Assembly: GCA_002269645.1 (NCBI GenBank)
Contig: NIVC01002131.1
Span: forward strand, 63,836-127,835
Length of the DNA: 64,000 bases
Reading direction: 5' to 3'
From: Macrostomum lignano
Taxonomy: Eukaryota
The position numbers were made by a program, and so were the translations under genes. The number at the start of each line of letters is the position of its first letter. Positions within the stretch are counted from its first letter, which is position 1. Positions 1-11,800 of this stretch are shown in pieces. The notes beneath the pieces were generated by a model, which was given only the letters and a program-made list of their open reading frames with translations, did not search any database and was not told the DNA's origin.

Positions 1-1002
1 GAACGGCCTCGCCGGGCGCAGCCGTCCGAGGGCGCCGTATTCGACTGCGACCAGGCCCGTCGCGACGGCCGCACTCTGGCGGACGAAGGTCCGGCCGGCT
101 GGGCTGCTGGCGGCCGCCTGACGGAGCTCCTGATCGAGAGGAGCAACGCGCACATGCGGGCGGCGTTCGCCGAGTGCCAGCGGCTTCTGTGCGGCGAAGA
201 CAGCGGCGGCGGCGGCGGGATCGAAAACCTCGCGTCGATGGTGAAACTTCGAGTTCCTGCGGTGGTGGACGAAAACGGCTGCTGACGCTGCTGCGGTGCC
301 TCTGCAGCAGGCCCGGTTACTTTGCCAACCTGCTGAACAAAGCAGTGCACGGCACCTGTGAGTGGGTGGCAACAGACGATGATGTCTGGGAAGATGGTGT
401 CTGGGAAGATGGTGTCTGGGAAGATGGTGTCTGGGAAGATGGTGTCTGGGAAGACGGTGTTTGGGAAGATAGTGTCTGGGAAGATGGTGTCTGGGAAGAC
501 GGTGTCTGGGAAGATGGTGTCTGGGAAGATGGTATCTGGGAAGATGGTGTTTGGGAAGATGGTATCTGGAAAGATGGTATCTGGGAAGATGGTGTCTGGG
601 AAGATGGTGTCTGGGAAGATGGTGTCTGGGAAGATGGTGTCTGGGAAGACGGTGTCTGGGAAGATGGTGTCTGGGAAGATGGTGTCTGGGAAGACGGTGT
701 CTGGGAAGATGGTGTCTGGGAAGATGGTGAAGAAGAAATGATGGTCTTTTAAAGCAGATTTTTACAACACAGCCCCTAGTACACTGGAAAAGTAACAAAA
801 GCATATTTTGGCTTCGCTCGCAGACCACGACGATCAAGTCGTACTTCGCGTGGTGATCAGCCGCTGCGAGTTGGACATGGTGCAGATCAAGGAGGCCTTC
901 CTGGCCGCTCACGGCGACGCTCTGGCCAGCTGCCTTCGCGGCTTCGCTGGCGGGGTGTACCTCAGCGGCCTGCTGCAGCTCATTGGCGAGGGCGGCGACT
1001 GA
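1..1002 (+). CDS. Annexin family protein, C-terminal part (repeats 3-4); exons <1-357 and 824-1002
   Basis: Frame 1 gives DQARRDGRTLADEG...LTELLIERSNAHMRAAFAEC; frame 3 continues GETS...LLTLLRCLCSRPGYFANLLNKAVHGT. After a GT-AG intron (358-823, phase 1): YHDDQVVLRVVISRCELDMVQIKEAF...YLSGLLQLIGEGGD*. This matches the annexin consensus (YFAERL..AMKG.GTDD..LIR..VSRSEIDL..IK). One frameshift near 224-235 resolves with one extra A. Confidence 0.85.
381..729. repeat. 15-bp minisatellite (GTCTGGGAAGATGGT)n, about 23 copies, in annexin intron
   Basis: Read directly; source of the spurious DGVWE/MVSGK ORFs. Confidence 0.95.
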
Positions 1003-1212
1003 TGAGAACTGTTTTTGTACGAGAGCATAAAGACGCCACAGTTACGATTCGCGCAAAGATTTCGCTTTTGTATTACGTTAAAGGGGTTTTACCATAGATA
1101 AACGGAAGGAGGTAAACTCTTTTAAAAATAGTACACAATTTCCAAATGCCTCTAAATCTCCTGACGACATTAAGTGTGATTAAAACTAAGCCTGTGTTTT
1201 TGACAGAAAATT

Positions 1213-1498
1213 AGCTACCATAGACAGTAGCAGTAGAATGACTCGGCTTTCTTGGAAATCAACTGGAGGCCATGCCGTTGAGGAACGAATGTTTGCTGTT
1301 CAATTTAGTATGTTCTCGAGAAATCTGATTCTCTCGACTGAATTTGTCTATGGCAAAACCCCATACAGCGCTTATGCGTTCTCCAGAGCATACGAAATGA
1401 ACTGGTGATACGAACAACATACGTTCCTTACCGGTCTCCAGCTCATTTCTAAGAAAGCCGAGTTTACCGTCATTCTACTGCAGCTGTTCATGGTAGCT
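1213..1498. mobile_element. Fold-back MITE-like element with about 90-bp imperfect terminal inverted repeats
   Basis: Left arm AGCTACCATAGACAGTAGCAGTAGAATGAC-TCGGCTTTCTTGGAAAT..CTGGAG..GGAACG.ATGTT pairs with the reverse complement of about 1411-1498. No clear TSD. Confidence 0.7.
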
Positions 1499-2180
1499 CC
1501 TCGCAGTTGAACATTTTTAGCACTTTTACTTGCAGAGAAATATACACGACTTAAAACTATTTTTATGACTTTCAGAATCTAAATAAACTTTCAAGTGGCG
1601 AAGGTACGAATTTATTAGAGCCGTATCTATTTGTTATGTCTTCTTTCATGAATTAAAGAGTTCCTCAATTTTTGGACTTCAAAACAAATGGCATTCATGC
1701 AGGAATAATAAATAGACATTACTTATATTATTATGACATATTATAGCTATTAATGCAGCTTGCATATCCACTGAATTCCTGTTCCACGGTCAATGACTCT
1801 CAACAACATTACAAAAGCTTGATTAGCCTCAAACTCTTGATTGTGCCGTTGCTGAGTCAGTTTGTTCCGGTACTTTGCTGGCTTTGATTCATTGCGTTGT
1901 TGGTAGCAACGGTAAACAAAACTAAAGCCTTAATCCATCAGTTTTGCGGATAATCTAATTATCTGCTCATTCATTTGTCCTAACAGTGAGGTGGCGCTCT
2001 TTATGGCCTGCATTGTGTGCTCAGGGCTTGCATGGTAAAAATGGCTTTATTGTATAAAACGCTTGTCATGCAATGCATTTTTGACTGAGGGACTGCCAGG
2101 CTGCAACCACAATTAACTTCAGTGTTTTGTCAGTTTAGCAAGTACCTGCATACCTGGAAACAGAGGTAGGTGTTGGTTAC

Positions 2181-2828
2181 TTGTCTTGTCCTTGTCAGCA
2201 TCTCAATAGTCTCCTCATCAGCATCTCAACAGTCTTGTCCTCATCAGCATCTCAACAGTCTTGTCCTCATCAGCATCTCAACAGTCTTGTCCTCATCAGC
2301 ATCTCAACAGTCTTGTCCTCATCAGCATCTCAACAGTCTTGTCCTCATCAGCATCTCAACAGTCTTGTCCTCATCAGCATCTCAACAGTCTTGTCCTCAT
2401 CAGCATCTCAACAGTCTTGTCCTCATCAGCATCTCAACAGTCTTGTCCTCATCAGCATCTCAACAGTCTTGTCCTCATCAGCATCTCAACAGTCTTGTCC
2501 TCATCAGCATCTCAACAGTCTTGTCCTCATCAGCATCTCAACAGTCTTGTCCTCATCAGCATCTCAACAGTCTTGTCCTCATCAGCATCTCAACAGTCTT
2601 GTCCTCATCAGCATCTCAACAGTCTTGTCCTCATCAGCATCTCAACAGTCTTGTCCTCATCAGCATCTCAACAGTCTTGTCCTCATCAGCATCTCAACAG
2701 TCTTGTCCTCATCAGCATCTCAACAGTCTTGTCCTCATCAGCATCTCAACAGTCTTGTCCTCATCAGCATCTCAACAGTCTTGTCCTCATCAGCATCTCA
2801 ACAGTCTTGTCCTCATCAGCACCAACAG
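2181..2828. repeat. 26-bp minisatellite (ACAGTCTTGTCCTCATCAGCATCTCA)n, about 25 copies, directly upstream of the PKD2 ATG
   Basis: Read directly. Bounded by a donor-like GAG|GTAGGT (2165/2166) and an acceptor-like CCAACAG|ATG (2828/2829), so probably an intron. Confidence 0.95.
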
Positions 2829-5800
2829 ATGAGCGGCAACGCCTTGAAGTCTGACAGTCAGCAGGCCATTCGGGATCTGGAGGAGCGCGAGAATGCCTCC
2901 ATTCCGGATGCAGAAGTGTCACCAGCAGCAGCTGATGCAGAGGCTGATGCTGAATCGCCAACCGGAAATGGCAAAGGCGTCGGCTGCTACGGCGGCGGCG
3001 GCTGGTGGCGCTGCCTGGTGCCAGCAAAGGCAAACGAATCAGACGAAGCGGCAAGTCCTGACGATGAAAATCATGTCAAAGCCACTCTGCGAGAGCTCGT
3101 GATCTACTGCTGCTTTCTGGTTCTGATGACTGTGGGTGAGTCTGGGACTGAGACTTGAGAATATACAATGTAGGACAATGCCAGAGACACCGCTTTGAAT
3201 TTCAGTGGCCTTCGGTACCAAGAACATCAGCATGTACAACTTCACCCAGTCGATCAGTGGCTTGTTTCTGAAGGTTCCAATTAGCAATGGCACTAAACTG
3301 TTTGCCGAGATCAACTCAATTCAGGAGTGGTGGAGTGTGAGTAGCTATTTTATACCTGTCCACAGTCATTGAGAACCACATAGGTCTCAACCCCCTAAAA
3401 ACTCTCCAGTTTGTCAACCGGCCACTCCTAGACGGCCTGTTTAGCAGCAGCGGCAACCTCTCGGCGGCGAACGCCACTGCGCGCTCGACAATCTACTACG
3501 AGACTGTCCTGCTGGGCGTGGCGCAGATTCGTCAGGTGCGCGTCGGCAATCGCACCTGCAAGGTGGCCAAGCCGTTCCGCGGCGTCATCGGCTGGTGCCA
3601 CGGGCCGTACTCGGCTGACAACGCGCACAGGGGAGCTTTCCAGGGCAGAGGCGGCGGAAGCGGCATGGCGTGGGTCTATCAGAATGAGGCACACTTGGAC
3701 GGTGAGGGGCTTTCATGCTGTCTCTCAGTGCCTGTCTTAGTGTCTGTCTTAGTGTCTGTCTTAGTGTCTGTCTTAGTGTCTGTCTCAGTGCCTGTCTTAG
3801 TGTCTGTCTTAGTGCCTGTCTTAGTGTCTGTCTTAGTGTCTGCCTTAGTGTCTGTCTTAGTGTCTGTCTTAGTGTCTGCCTTAGTGTCTGTCTTAGTGTC
3901 TGTCTTAGTGTCTGTCTTAGTGTCTGTCTTAGTGTCTGTCTTAGTGTCTGCCTTAGTGTCTGTCTTAGTGTCTGTCTTAGTGTCTGTCTTAGTGTCTGCC
4001 TTAGTGTCTGTCTTAGTGTCTGTCTTAGTGTCTGTCTTAGTGTCTGTCTTAGTGTCTGTCTTAGTGTCTGCCTTAGTGTCTGTCTTAGTGTCTGTCTTAG
4101 TGTCTGTCTTAGTGTCTGTCTTAGTGTCTGTCTTAGTGTCTGTCTTAGTGTCTGTCTTAGTGTCTGTCTTAGTGTCTCTCTTAGTGTCTGCCTTAGTGTC
4201 TGTCTTAGTGTCTGTCTTAGTGCCTGTCTTAGTAGCTGCCTTAGTGTCTGTCTTAGTAGCTGCCTTAGTGTCTGTCTCAGTGTCTGTCTTAGTGTCTCTC
4301 AGTGCCTGTCTTAGTGCCTGTCTTAGTGTCTGTCTTAGTGTCTGTCTTAGTGTCTGTCTTAGTGTCTGCCTTAGTGTCTGTCTTAGTGTCTGTCTTAGTG
4401 TCTGCCTTAGTGTCTGTCTTAGTGCCTGTCTTAGTGTCTGTCTTAGTGTCTGTCTTAGTGTCTGCCTTAGTGTCTGTCTTAGTGTCTGTCTTAGTGTCTG
4501 TCTTAGTGTCTGTCTTAGTGTCTGTCTTAGTGCCTGTCTTAGTGTCTGTCTTAGTGTCTGTCTTAGTGTCTGTCTTAGTGTCTGTCTTAGTGTCTGTCTT
4601 AGTGTCTGCCTTAGTGTCTGTCTTAGTGTCTGTCTTAGTGTCTGTCTTAGTGTCTCTCTTAGTGTCTGCCTTAGTGTCTGTCTTAGTGTCTGTCTTAGTG
4701 CCTGTCTTAGTAGCTGCCTTAGTGTCTGTCTTAGTAGCTGCCTTAGTGTCTGTCTCAGTGTCTGTCTTAGTGTCTCTCAGTGCCTGTCTTAGTGCCTGTC
4801 TTAGTGTCTGTCTTAGTGTCTGCCTTAGTGTCTGTCTTAGTGTCTGTCTTAGTGTCTGTCTTAGTGTCTGCCTTAGTGTCTGTCTTAGTGTCTGTCTTAG
4901 TGTCTGTCTTAGTGTCTGTCTTAGTGTCTGTCTTAGTGTCTGCCTTAGTGTCTGTCTTAGTGCCTGTCTTAGTGTCTGTCTTAGTGTCTGTCTTAGTGCC
5001 TGTCTTAGTGTCTGTCTTAGTGTCTGCCTTAGTGTCTGTCTTAGTGTCTGTCTCAGTGTCTGCCTTAGTGTCTGTCTTAGTGTCTGTCTTAGTGCCTGTC
5101 TTAGTAGCTGCCTTAGTGTCTGTCTTAGTAGCTGCCTTAGTGTCTGTCTTAGTGTCTGTCTTAGTGTCTGTCTTAGTGTCTGTCTTAGTGTCTGTCTTAG
5201 TGTCTGTCTCAGTGTCTGTCTCAGTGTCTGTATTAGTGTCTGTCTTAGTGTCTGTCTTAGTGTCTGCCTTAGTGTCTGTCTTAGTGTCTGCCTTAGTGTC
5301 TGTCTTAGTGTCTGCCTTAGTGTCTGTCTTAGTGTCTGTCTTAGTGTCTGCCTTAGTGTCTGTCTTAGTGTCTGTCTTAGTGCCTGTCTTAGTGTCTGTC
5401 TTAGTGTCTGCCTTAGTGTCTGTCTTAGTGCCTGTCTTAGTGTCTGCCTTAGTGTCTGCCTTAGTGCCTGTCTTAGTGTCTGCCTTAGTGCCTGTCTTAG
5501 TGTCTGTCTTAGTGCCTGTCTTAGTGTCTGTCTTAGTGTCTGTTTTAGTGTCTGCCTTAGTGCCTGTCTTAGTGCCTGTCTTAGTGTCTGTCTTAGTGCC
5601 TGTCTTAGTGTCTGTCTTAGTGTCTGTCTTAGTGCCTGTCTTAGTGTCTGTCTTAGTGTCTGCCTTAGTGTCTGTCTTAGTGTCTGTCTCAGTGTCTGCC
5701 TTAGTGTCTGTCTTAGTGTCTGTCTTAGTGCCTGTCTTAGTGTCTGTCTTAGTGTCTGTCTTAGTGTCTGCCTTAGTGTCTGTCTTAGTGTCTGTCTCAG

Positions 5801-8800
5801 TGCCTGTCTTAGTGTCTGTCTTAGTGTCTGTCTTAGTGTCTGTCTTAGTGTCTGTCTTAGTGTCTGCCTTAGTGTCTGCCTTAGTGTCTGTCTTAGTGTC
5901 TGTCTTAGTGTCTGTCTTAGTGTCTGTCTTAGTGTCTGCCTTAGTGTCTGCCTTAGTGTCTGTCTTAGTGTCTGTCTTAGTGTCTGTCTTAGTGTCTGTC
6001 TTAGTGTCTGCCTTAGTGTCTGTCTTAGTGCCTGTCTTAGTGTCTGTCTTAGTGCCTGTCTTAGTGTCTGTCTTAGTGTCTGTCTTAGTGTCTGTCTTAG
6101 TGTCTGTCTTAGTGTCTGCCTTAGTGTCTGTCTTAGTGTCTGTCTCAGTGTCTGCCTTAGTGTCTGTCTTAGTGTCTGTCTTAGTGCCTGTCTTAGTGTC
6201 TGTCTTAGTGTCTGTCTTAGTGTCTGTCTTAGTGTCTGTCTTAGTGTCTGTCTTAGTGTCTGCCTTAGTGTCTGTCTTAGTGCCTGTCTTAGTGTCTGTC
6301 TTAGTGTCTGTCTTAGTGTCTGCCTTAGTGTCTGTCTTAGTGTCTGTCTCAGTGTCTGCCTTAGTGTCTGTCTTAGTGTCTGTCTTAGTGCCTGTCTTAG
6401 TGTCTGTCTTAGTGTCTGCCTTAGTGTCTGCCTTAGTGTCTGTCTTAGTGTCTGTCTTAGTGTCTGTCTTAGTGTCTGCCTTAGTGTCTGTCTTAGTGTC
6501 TGTCTTAGTGTCTGTCTTAGTGTCTGCCTTAGTGTCTGTCTTAGTGTCTGTCTTAGTGTCTGTCTTAGTGTCTGCCTTAGTGTCTGTCTTAGTGTCTTTC
6601 TTAGTGTCTGTCTTAGTGTCTGTCTTAGTGTCTGCCTTAGTGTCTGTCTTAGTGTCTGTCTTAGTGTCTGTCTTAGTGTCTGCCTTAGTGTCTGTCTTAG
6701 TGTCTGTCTTAGTGTCTGTCTTAGTGTCTGTCTTAGTGTCTGTCTTAGTGTCTGCCTTAGTGTCTGTCTTAGTGCCTGTCTTAGTGTCTGTCTTAGTGTC
6801 TGTCTTAGTGCCTGTCTTAGTGTCTGTCTTAGTGCCTGTCTTAGTGTCTGTCTTAGTGTCTGTCTTAGTGCCTGTCTTAGTGTCTGTCTTAGTGTCTGTC
6901 TTAGTGCCTGTCTTAGTAGCTGCCTTAGTGTCTGTCTTAGTAGCTGCCTTAGTGTCTGTCTTAGTGTCTGTCTTAGTGTCTGTCTTAGTGTCTGTCTTAG
7001 TGTCTGTCTTAGTGTCTGTCTCAGTGTCTGTCTCAGTGTCTGTATTAGTGTCTGTCTTAGTGTCTGTCTTAGTGTCTGCCTTAGTGTCTGTCTTAGTGTC
7101 TGCCTTAGTGTCTGTCTTAGTGTCTGTCTTAGTGTCTGTCTTAGTGTCTGTCTTAGTGTCTGCCTTAGTGTCTGTCTTAGTGTCTGTCTTAGTGTCTGTC
7201 TTAGTGCCTGTCTTAGTGTCTGCCTTAGTGTCTGTCTTAGTGTCTGTCTTAGTGTCTGCCTTAGTGTCTGTCTTAGTGTCTGTCTTAGTGTCTGTCTTAG
7301 TGTCTGCCTTAGTGTCTGTCTTAGTGTCTTTCTTAGTGTCTGTCTTAGTGTCTGTCTTAGTGCCTGCCTTAGTGTCTGTCTTAGTGTCTTTCTTAGTGTC
7401 TGTTTTAGTGTCTGTCTTAGTGTCTGCCTTAGTGTCTGTCTTAGTGTCTGTCTTAGTGTCTGCCTTAGTGTCTGTCTTAGTGTCTGTCTTAGTGCCTGTC
7501 TTAGTAGCTGCCTTAGTGTCTGTCTTAGTAGCTGCCTTAGTGTCTGTCTCAGTGTCTGTCTTAGTGTCTCTCAGTGCCTGTCTTAGTGCCTGTCTTAGTG
7601 TCTGTCTTAGTGTCTGTCTTAGTGTCTGTCTTAGTGTCTGCCTTCGTGTCTGTCTTAGTGTCTGTCTTAGTGTCTGTCTTAGTGTCTGTCTCAGTGTCTG
7701 TCTTAGTGTCTGTCTTAGTGTCTGTCTTAGTGTCTGTCTTAGTGTCTGTCTTAGTGTCTGTCTTAGTGTCTGCCTTAGTGTCTGTCTTAGTAGCTGCCTT
7801 AGTGTCTGTCTTAGTAGCTGCCTTAGTGTCTGTCTCAGTGTCTGTCTTAGTGTCTCTCAGTGCCTGTCTTAGTGTCTGTCTTAGTGTCTGCCTTAGTGTC
7901 TGCCTTAGTGCCTGTCTTAGTGTCTGTCTTAGTGTCTGTCTTAGTGTCTGTCTTAGTGTCTGTCTTAGTGTCTGTCTTAGTGTCTGCCTTAGTGTCTGTC
8001 TTAGTGCCTGTCTTAGTGTCTGTCTTAGTGTCTGCCTTAGTGTCTGTCTTAGTGTCTGTCTCAGTGTCTGCCTTAGTGTCTGTCTTAGTGTCTGTCTTAG
8101 TGCCTGTCTTAGTGTCTGTCTTAGTGTCTGCCTTAGTGTCTGCCTTAGTGTCTGTCTTAGTGTCTGTCTTAGTGTCTGTCTTAGTGTCTGCCTTAGTGTC
8201 TGTCTTAGTGTCTGTCTTAGTGTCTGTCTTAGTGTCTGCCTTAGTGTCTGTCTTAGTGTCTGTCTTAGTGTCTGTCTTAGTGTCTGCCATAGTGTCTGTC
8301 TTAGTGTCTTTCTTAGTGTCTGTCTTAGTGTCTGTCTTAGTGCCTGCCTTAGTGTCTGTCTTAGTGTCTGTCTTAGTGTCTGTTTTAGTGTCTGTCTTAG
8401 TGTCTGCCTTAGTGTCTGTCTTAGTGTCTGTCTTAGTGTCTGCCTTAGTGTCTGTCTTAGTGTCTGTCTTAGTGTCTGCCTTAGTGTCTGTCTTAGTGCC
8501 CGCCTTAGTGTCTGTCTTAGTGTCTGTCTTAGTGTCTGTCTTAGTGTCTGCCTTAGTGTCTGTCTTAGTGTCTGTCTTAGTGTCTGCCTTAGTGTCTGTC
8601 TTAGTGTCTGTCTTAGTGTCTGCCTTAGTGTCTGTCTTAGTGCCTGCCTTAGTGTCTGTCTTAGTGTCTGTCTTAGTGCCTGCCTTAGTGTCTGTCTTAG
8701 TGTCTGTCTTAGTGCCTGCCTTAGTGTCTGTCTTAGTGTCTGTCTTAGTGTCTGTTTTAGTGTCTGTCTTAGTGTCTGCCTTAGTGTCTGTCTTAGTGTC

Positions 8801-11800
8801 TGTCTTAGTGTCTGTTTTAGTGTCTGTCTTAGTGTCTGCCTTAGTGTCTGTCTTAGTGTCTGTCTTAGTGTCTGCCTTAGTGTCTGTCTTAGTGTCTGTC
8901 TTAGTGTCTGCCTTAGTGTCTGTCTTAGTGCCTGCCTTAGTGTCTGTCTTAGTGTCTTTCTTAGTGTCTGTCTTAGTGTCTGCCTTAGTGTCTGTCTTAG
9001 TGTCTGTCTTAGTGTCTGCCTTAGTGTCTGTCTTTGTGTCTGTCTTAGTGTCTGCCTTAGTGTCTGTCTTAGTGCCTGCCTTAGTGTCTGTCTTAGTGTC
9101 TGTCTTAGTGTCTGTCTTAGTGTCTGCCTTAGTGTCTGTCTTAGTGTCTGTCTTAGTGTCTGTCTTAGTGTCTGTCTTAGTGTCTGTCTTAGTGTCTCTC
9201 TTAGTGTCTGCCTTAGTGTCTGTCTTAGTGTCTGTCTTAGTGTCTGTCTTAGTGTCTGCCTTAGTGTCTGTCTTAGTGTCTGCCTTCGTGTCTGTCTTAG
9301 TGTCTGCCTTAGTGTCTGCCTTAGTGTCTGTCTTAGTGTCTGCCTTAGTGTCTTTCTTAGTGTCTGTTTTAGTGTCTGCCTTAGTGTCTGTCTTAGTGTC
9401 TGTTTTAGTGTCTGTCTTAGTGTCTGTCTTTGTGTCTGTCTGTCTGTCTGTCGGTCTCCCAACATCGGTATGTTTGTTTGTCAGAAAAGCAAACTATCCT
9501 ACTACAAGTAGGCAGCTAAGAAAAGATGCTAAAATGAAATCATCAGCAGGGAAAAAAACTCCGCAATCCGCACCCGCCGCAGGCAGCGGGAGCTACTCGG
9601 GCGCGGTGGCCACCTACGAGGGCGGCGGCTACAGAGCCTTGCTGCAGCCGACCTGGGCGGCCTCGGAGCAGACTCTGCGAAATCTGTTTGACTCGCTGTG
9701 GCTCGACCGCAGCACCAGGGCTGTCTTCATTGACTTCACAATGTACAACCCCAATGTGAATCTGTTCTGCGTGGCTCGCCTGGTAGCTGAGCTTCCGGCA
9801 ACCGGTGTGTCCTGGGATGAACCAGAATTTTTGGCAATTCCGTTTAGATAGAAAAACGCTACTATAGTGAGGAGAGAATCGAAAATGACTAGAATCTTTG
9901 AATACGCACTCGGAGCACGCCTCTGATCAAGCAGTGTACACGCTCTGCTGCGCTTTGGTGAATGGCTCCCATGAGCATGATATTAGCCTTTGGCGAACCA
10001 AATATTCTGTCACGCGGTAGAGAATCGAACCCGGGACTTAGGTGGGAGAGTCGGACGAGTTTTAATTTAAATTTTGTTTATGCTTGGATCGCGTTTAGGT
10101 CAGGTTTAGTTAATTTTAGTTTATCCCTGGGTTACTTTCATGCATTCTTCCTAAAGGGGACAGGGCAGCTCAGCGGTAAACGCACCTGACTCTCGCTCCA
10201 CGACCCCTGGTTCAATTCTGTGTTTCGTCAGAGTGCCGATTTTCATCCTTCCTACTACATGCATACTCGCAGATGCGATGTAGGATCAACGATTAGACGT
10301 CTAAAATCATCCCAACAGTTGCCTCACACCCACCCGCAGGCGGCGTGGTCCCCTCCTGGGAGTTCCGCTCTCTCAAGCTGCTGCGCTACGTTGAACCATT
10401 CGATTACTTTGTTGCCGCCTGCGAGTGCGGCCTGCTGCTGATGTGCATCTACTACACTGTGCTGGAGGTGCTGGAGATACGACGACAACGCATGGCCTAC
10501 CTGAAGGTGCTCTCCAATTACCTGGACGTTGCACTGTTGATAGTGTGCTACGTGTGTGCCGGGTTCAACATCTACCGCATCGCCGCCGTGTCCAACAAGC
10601 TGCACCAGCTGCTCGTTGACTCGCTGGACTGCCCGAACTTCTATTCGCTGTCCTACTGGCAGACCTGCTTCAACCACGCCGTGGCTATTGCCGTTTTCCT
10701 GGCCTGGATCAAGGTGTTCAAGTACGTCCGGTTCAGCCGGACACTCACCATGCTCAGCGCTACGCTAGGCTCATGCGCCAAGGATCTGGTAGCCTTCTGC
10801 ATCATATTCTTCATCATTTTCTTCGCCTTCGCTCTGCTGGGCACTTTGGTGTTCGGCACCCAGGTGGACGACTTTCAAAACTTTCAACAGGCGGTATTCA
10901 CGCTGTTCCGCATCATCCTTGGCGACGTGAATTTCTACAAGATCCAGCAGGCTAACAGGCTGATTGGACCCGTGTACTTTTTGCTGTACGTGTTCTTTGT
11001 ATTCTTCATACTGCTCAACATGTTTCTGGCCATTATCAATGAGAAATTTGGCGAAGTCAAGGCTGACAACGAATTTGGCGGCGGACACGCTAGAATCGAC
11101 GTCGCCAGATTTCTGCGCAGGGTGAGTACAGAAGTCATGTTGCCTTGAGACGCGGTGGTGGAAGCTCAGTGCTAGTATTCAAAATACTCACCGCAGAGAG
11201 CCGACAGACTGATGGATAAGCTGGCCGTGAGGCGCCAGAAAGTGCTGGATATTCAGCGAGCTGTGCTGCAGTGCGGCGACGAAGCGACCGTGAACTTTGA
11301 AGGCTGGCGTAATCAACTGAGGCAGTGAGTTGCGATCGTGCAAGCTTTTGAATGCGCGTAGCTATCGGAGACTAGCTGTCCTGTCTCCCTATAATACTAA
11401 TAGTAATGATTGCAAGGGGGCTGTGGGCACCCTGGCGCAACGGTTCGGCGATGTTGTTTTACAACCATGATTATCAGTTCACTTTTGTTAGTTACAGCAA
11501 GGATCCTCAGAGTATCCGATTTTCTTCTAAAAGAAGCGCCAAATGCTCCAAAACGCACACGCACGCAGACGCGGCTTTGCCGATGCCGAGATCGAGGCCC
11601 TGTTCGCCAAATACGACGCCGACGGAGACCAAGTGTTAAGCGCGGCCGAGCGAATGCAAATGCGACGCGACTTGGAGGGTGAAAAGGTGAGCTCTTTCTA
11701 TCGCAGGGATTCTATCTGTCTGGCAGCGATATGAGGGCCAAGAGAGTCTCAATTTTGAAATCCCGCAGATGAAACTGGACCGCGAAATCACCGGAGCGGC

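Noticed and set aside
174-752. DGVWE-repeat protein
   Set aside because: Read-through of the annexin exon into a 15-bp intronic minisatellite; the GT-AG intron restores the annexin frame.
1897-1911. Possible RFX X-box upstream of PKD2 (GTTGTTGGTAGCAAC)
   Set aside because: Only one good half-site, with two mismatches in the other; a chance match is likely.
3518-9851. Very long ORFs (up to 1094 aa) of [12 protein letters not shown] repeats
   Set aside because: Translations of a stop-free 12-bp satellite lying between canonical splice sites of PKD2 intron 3.
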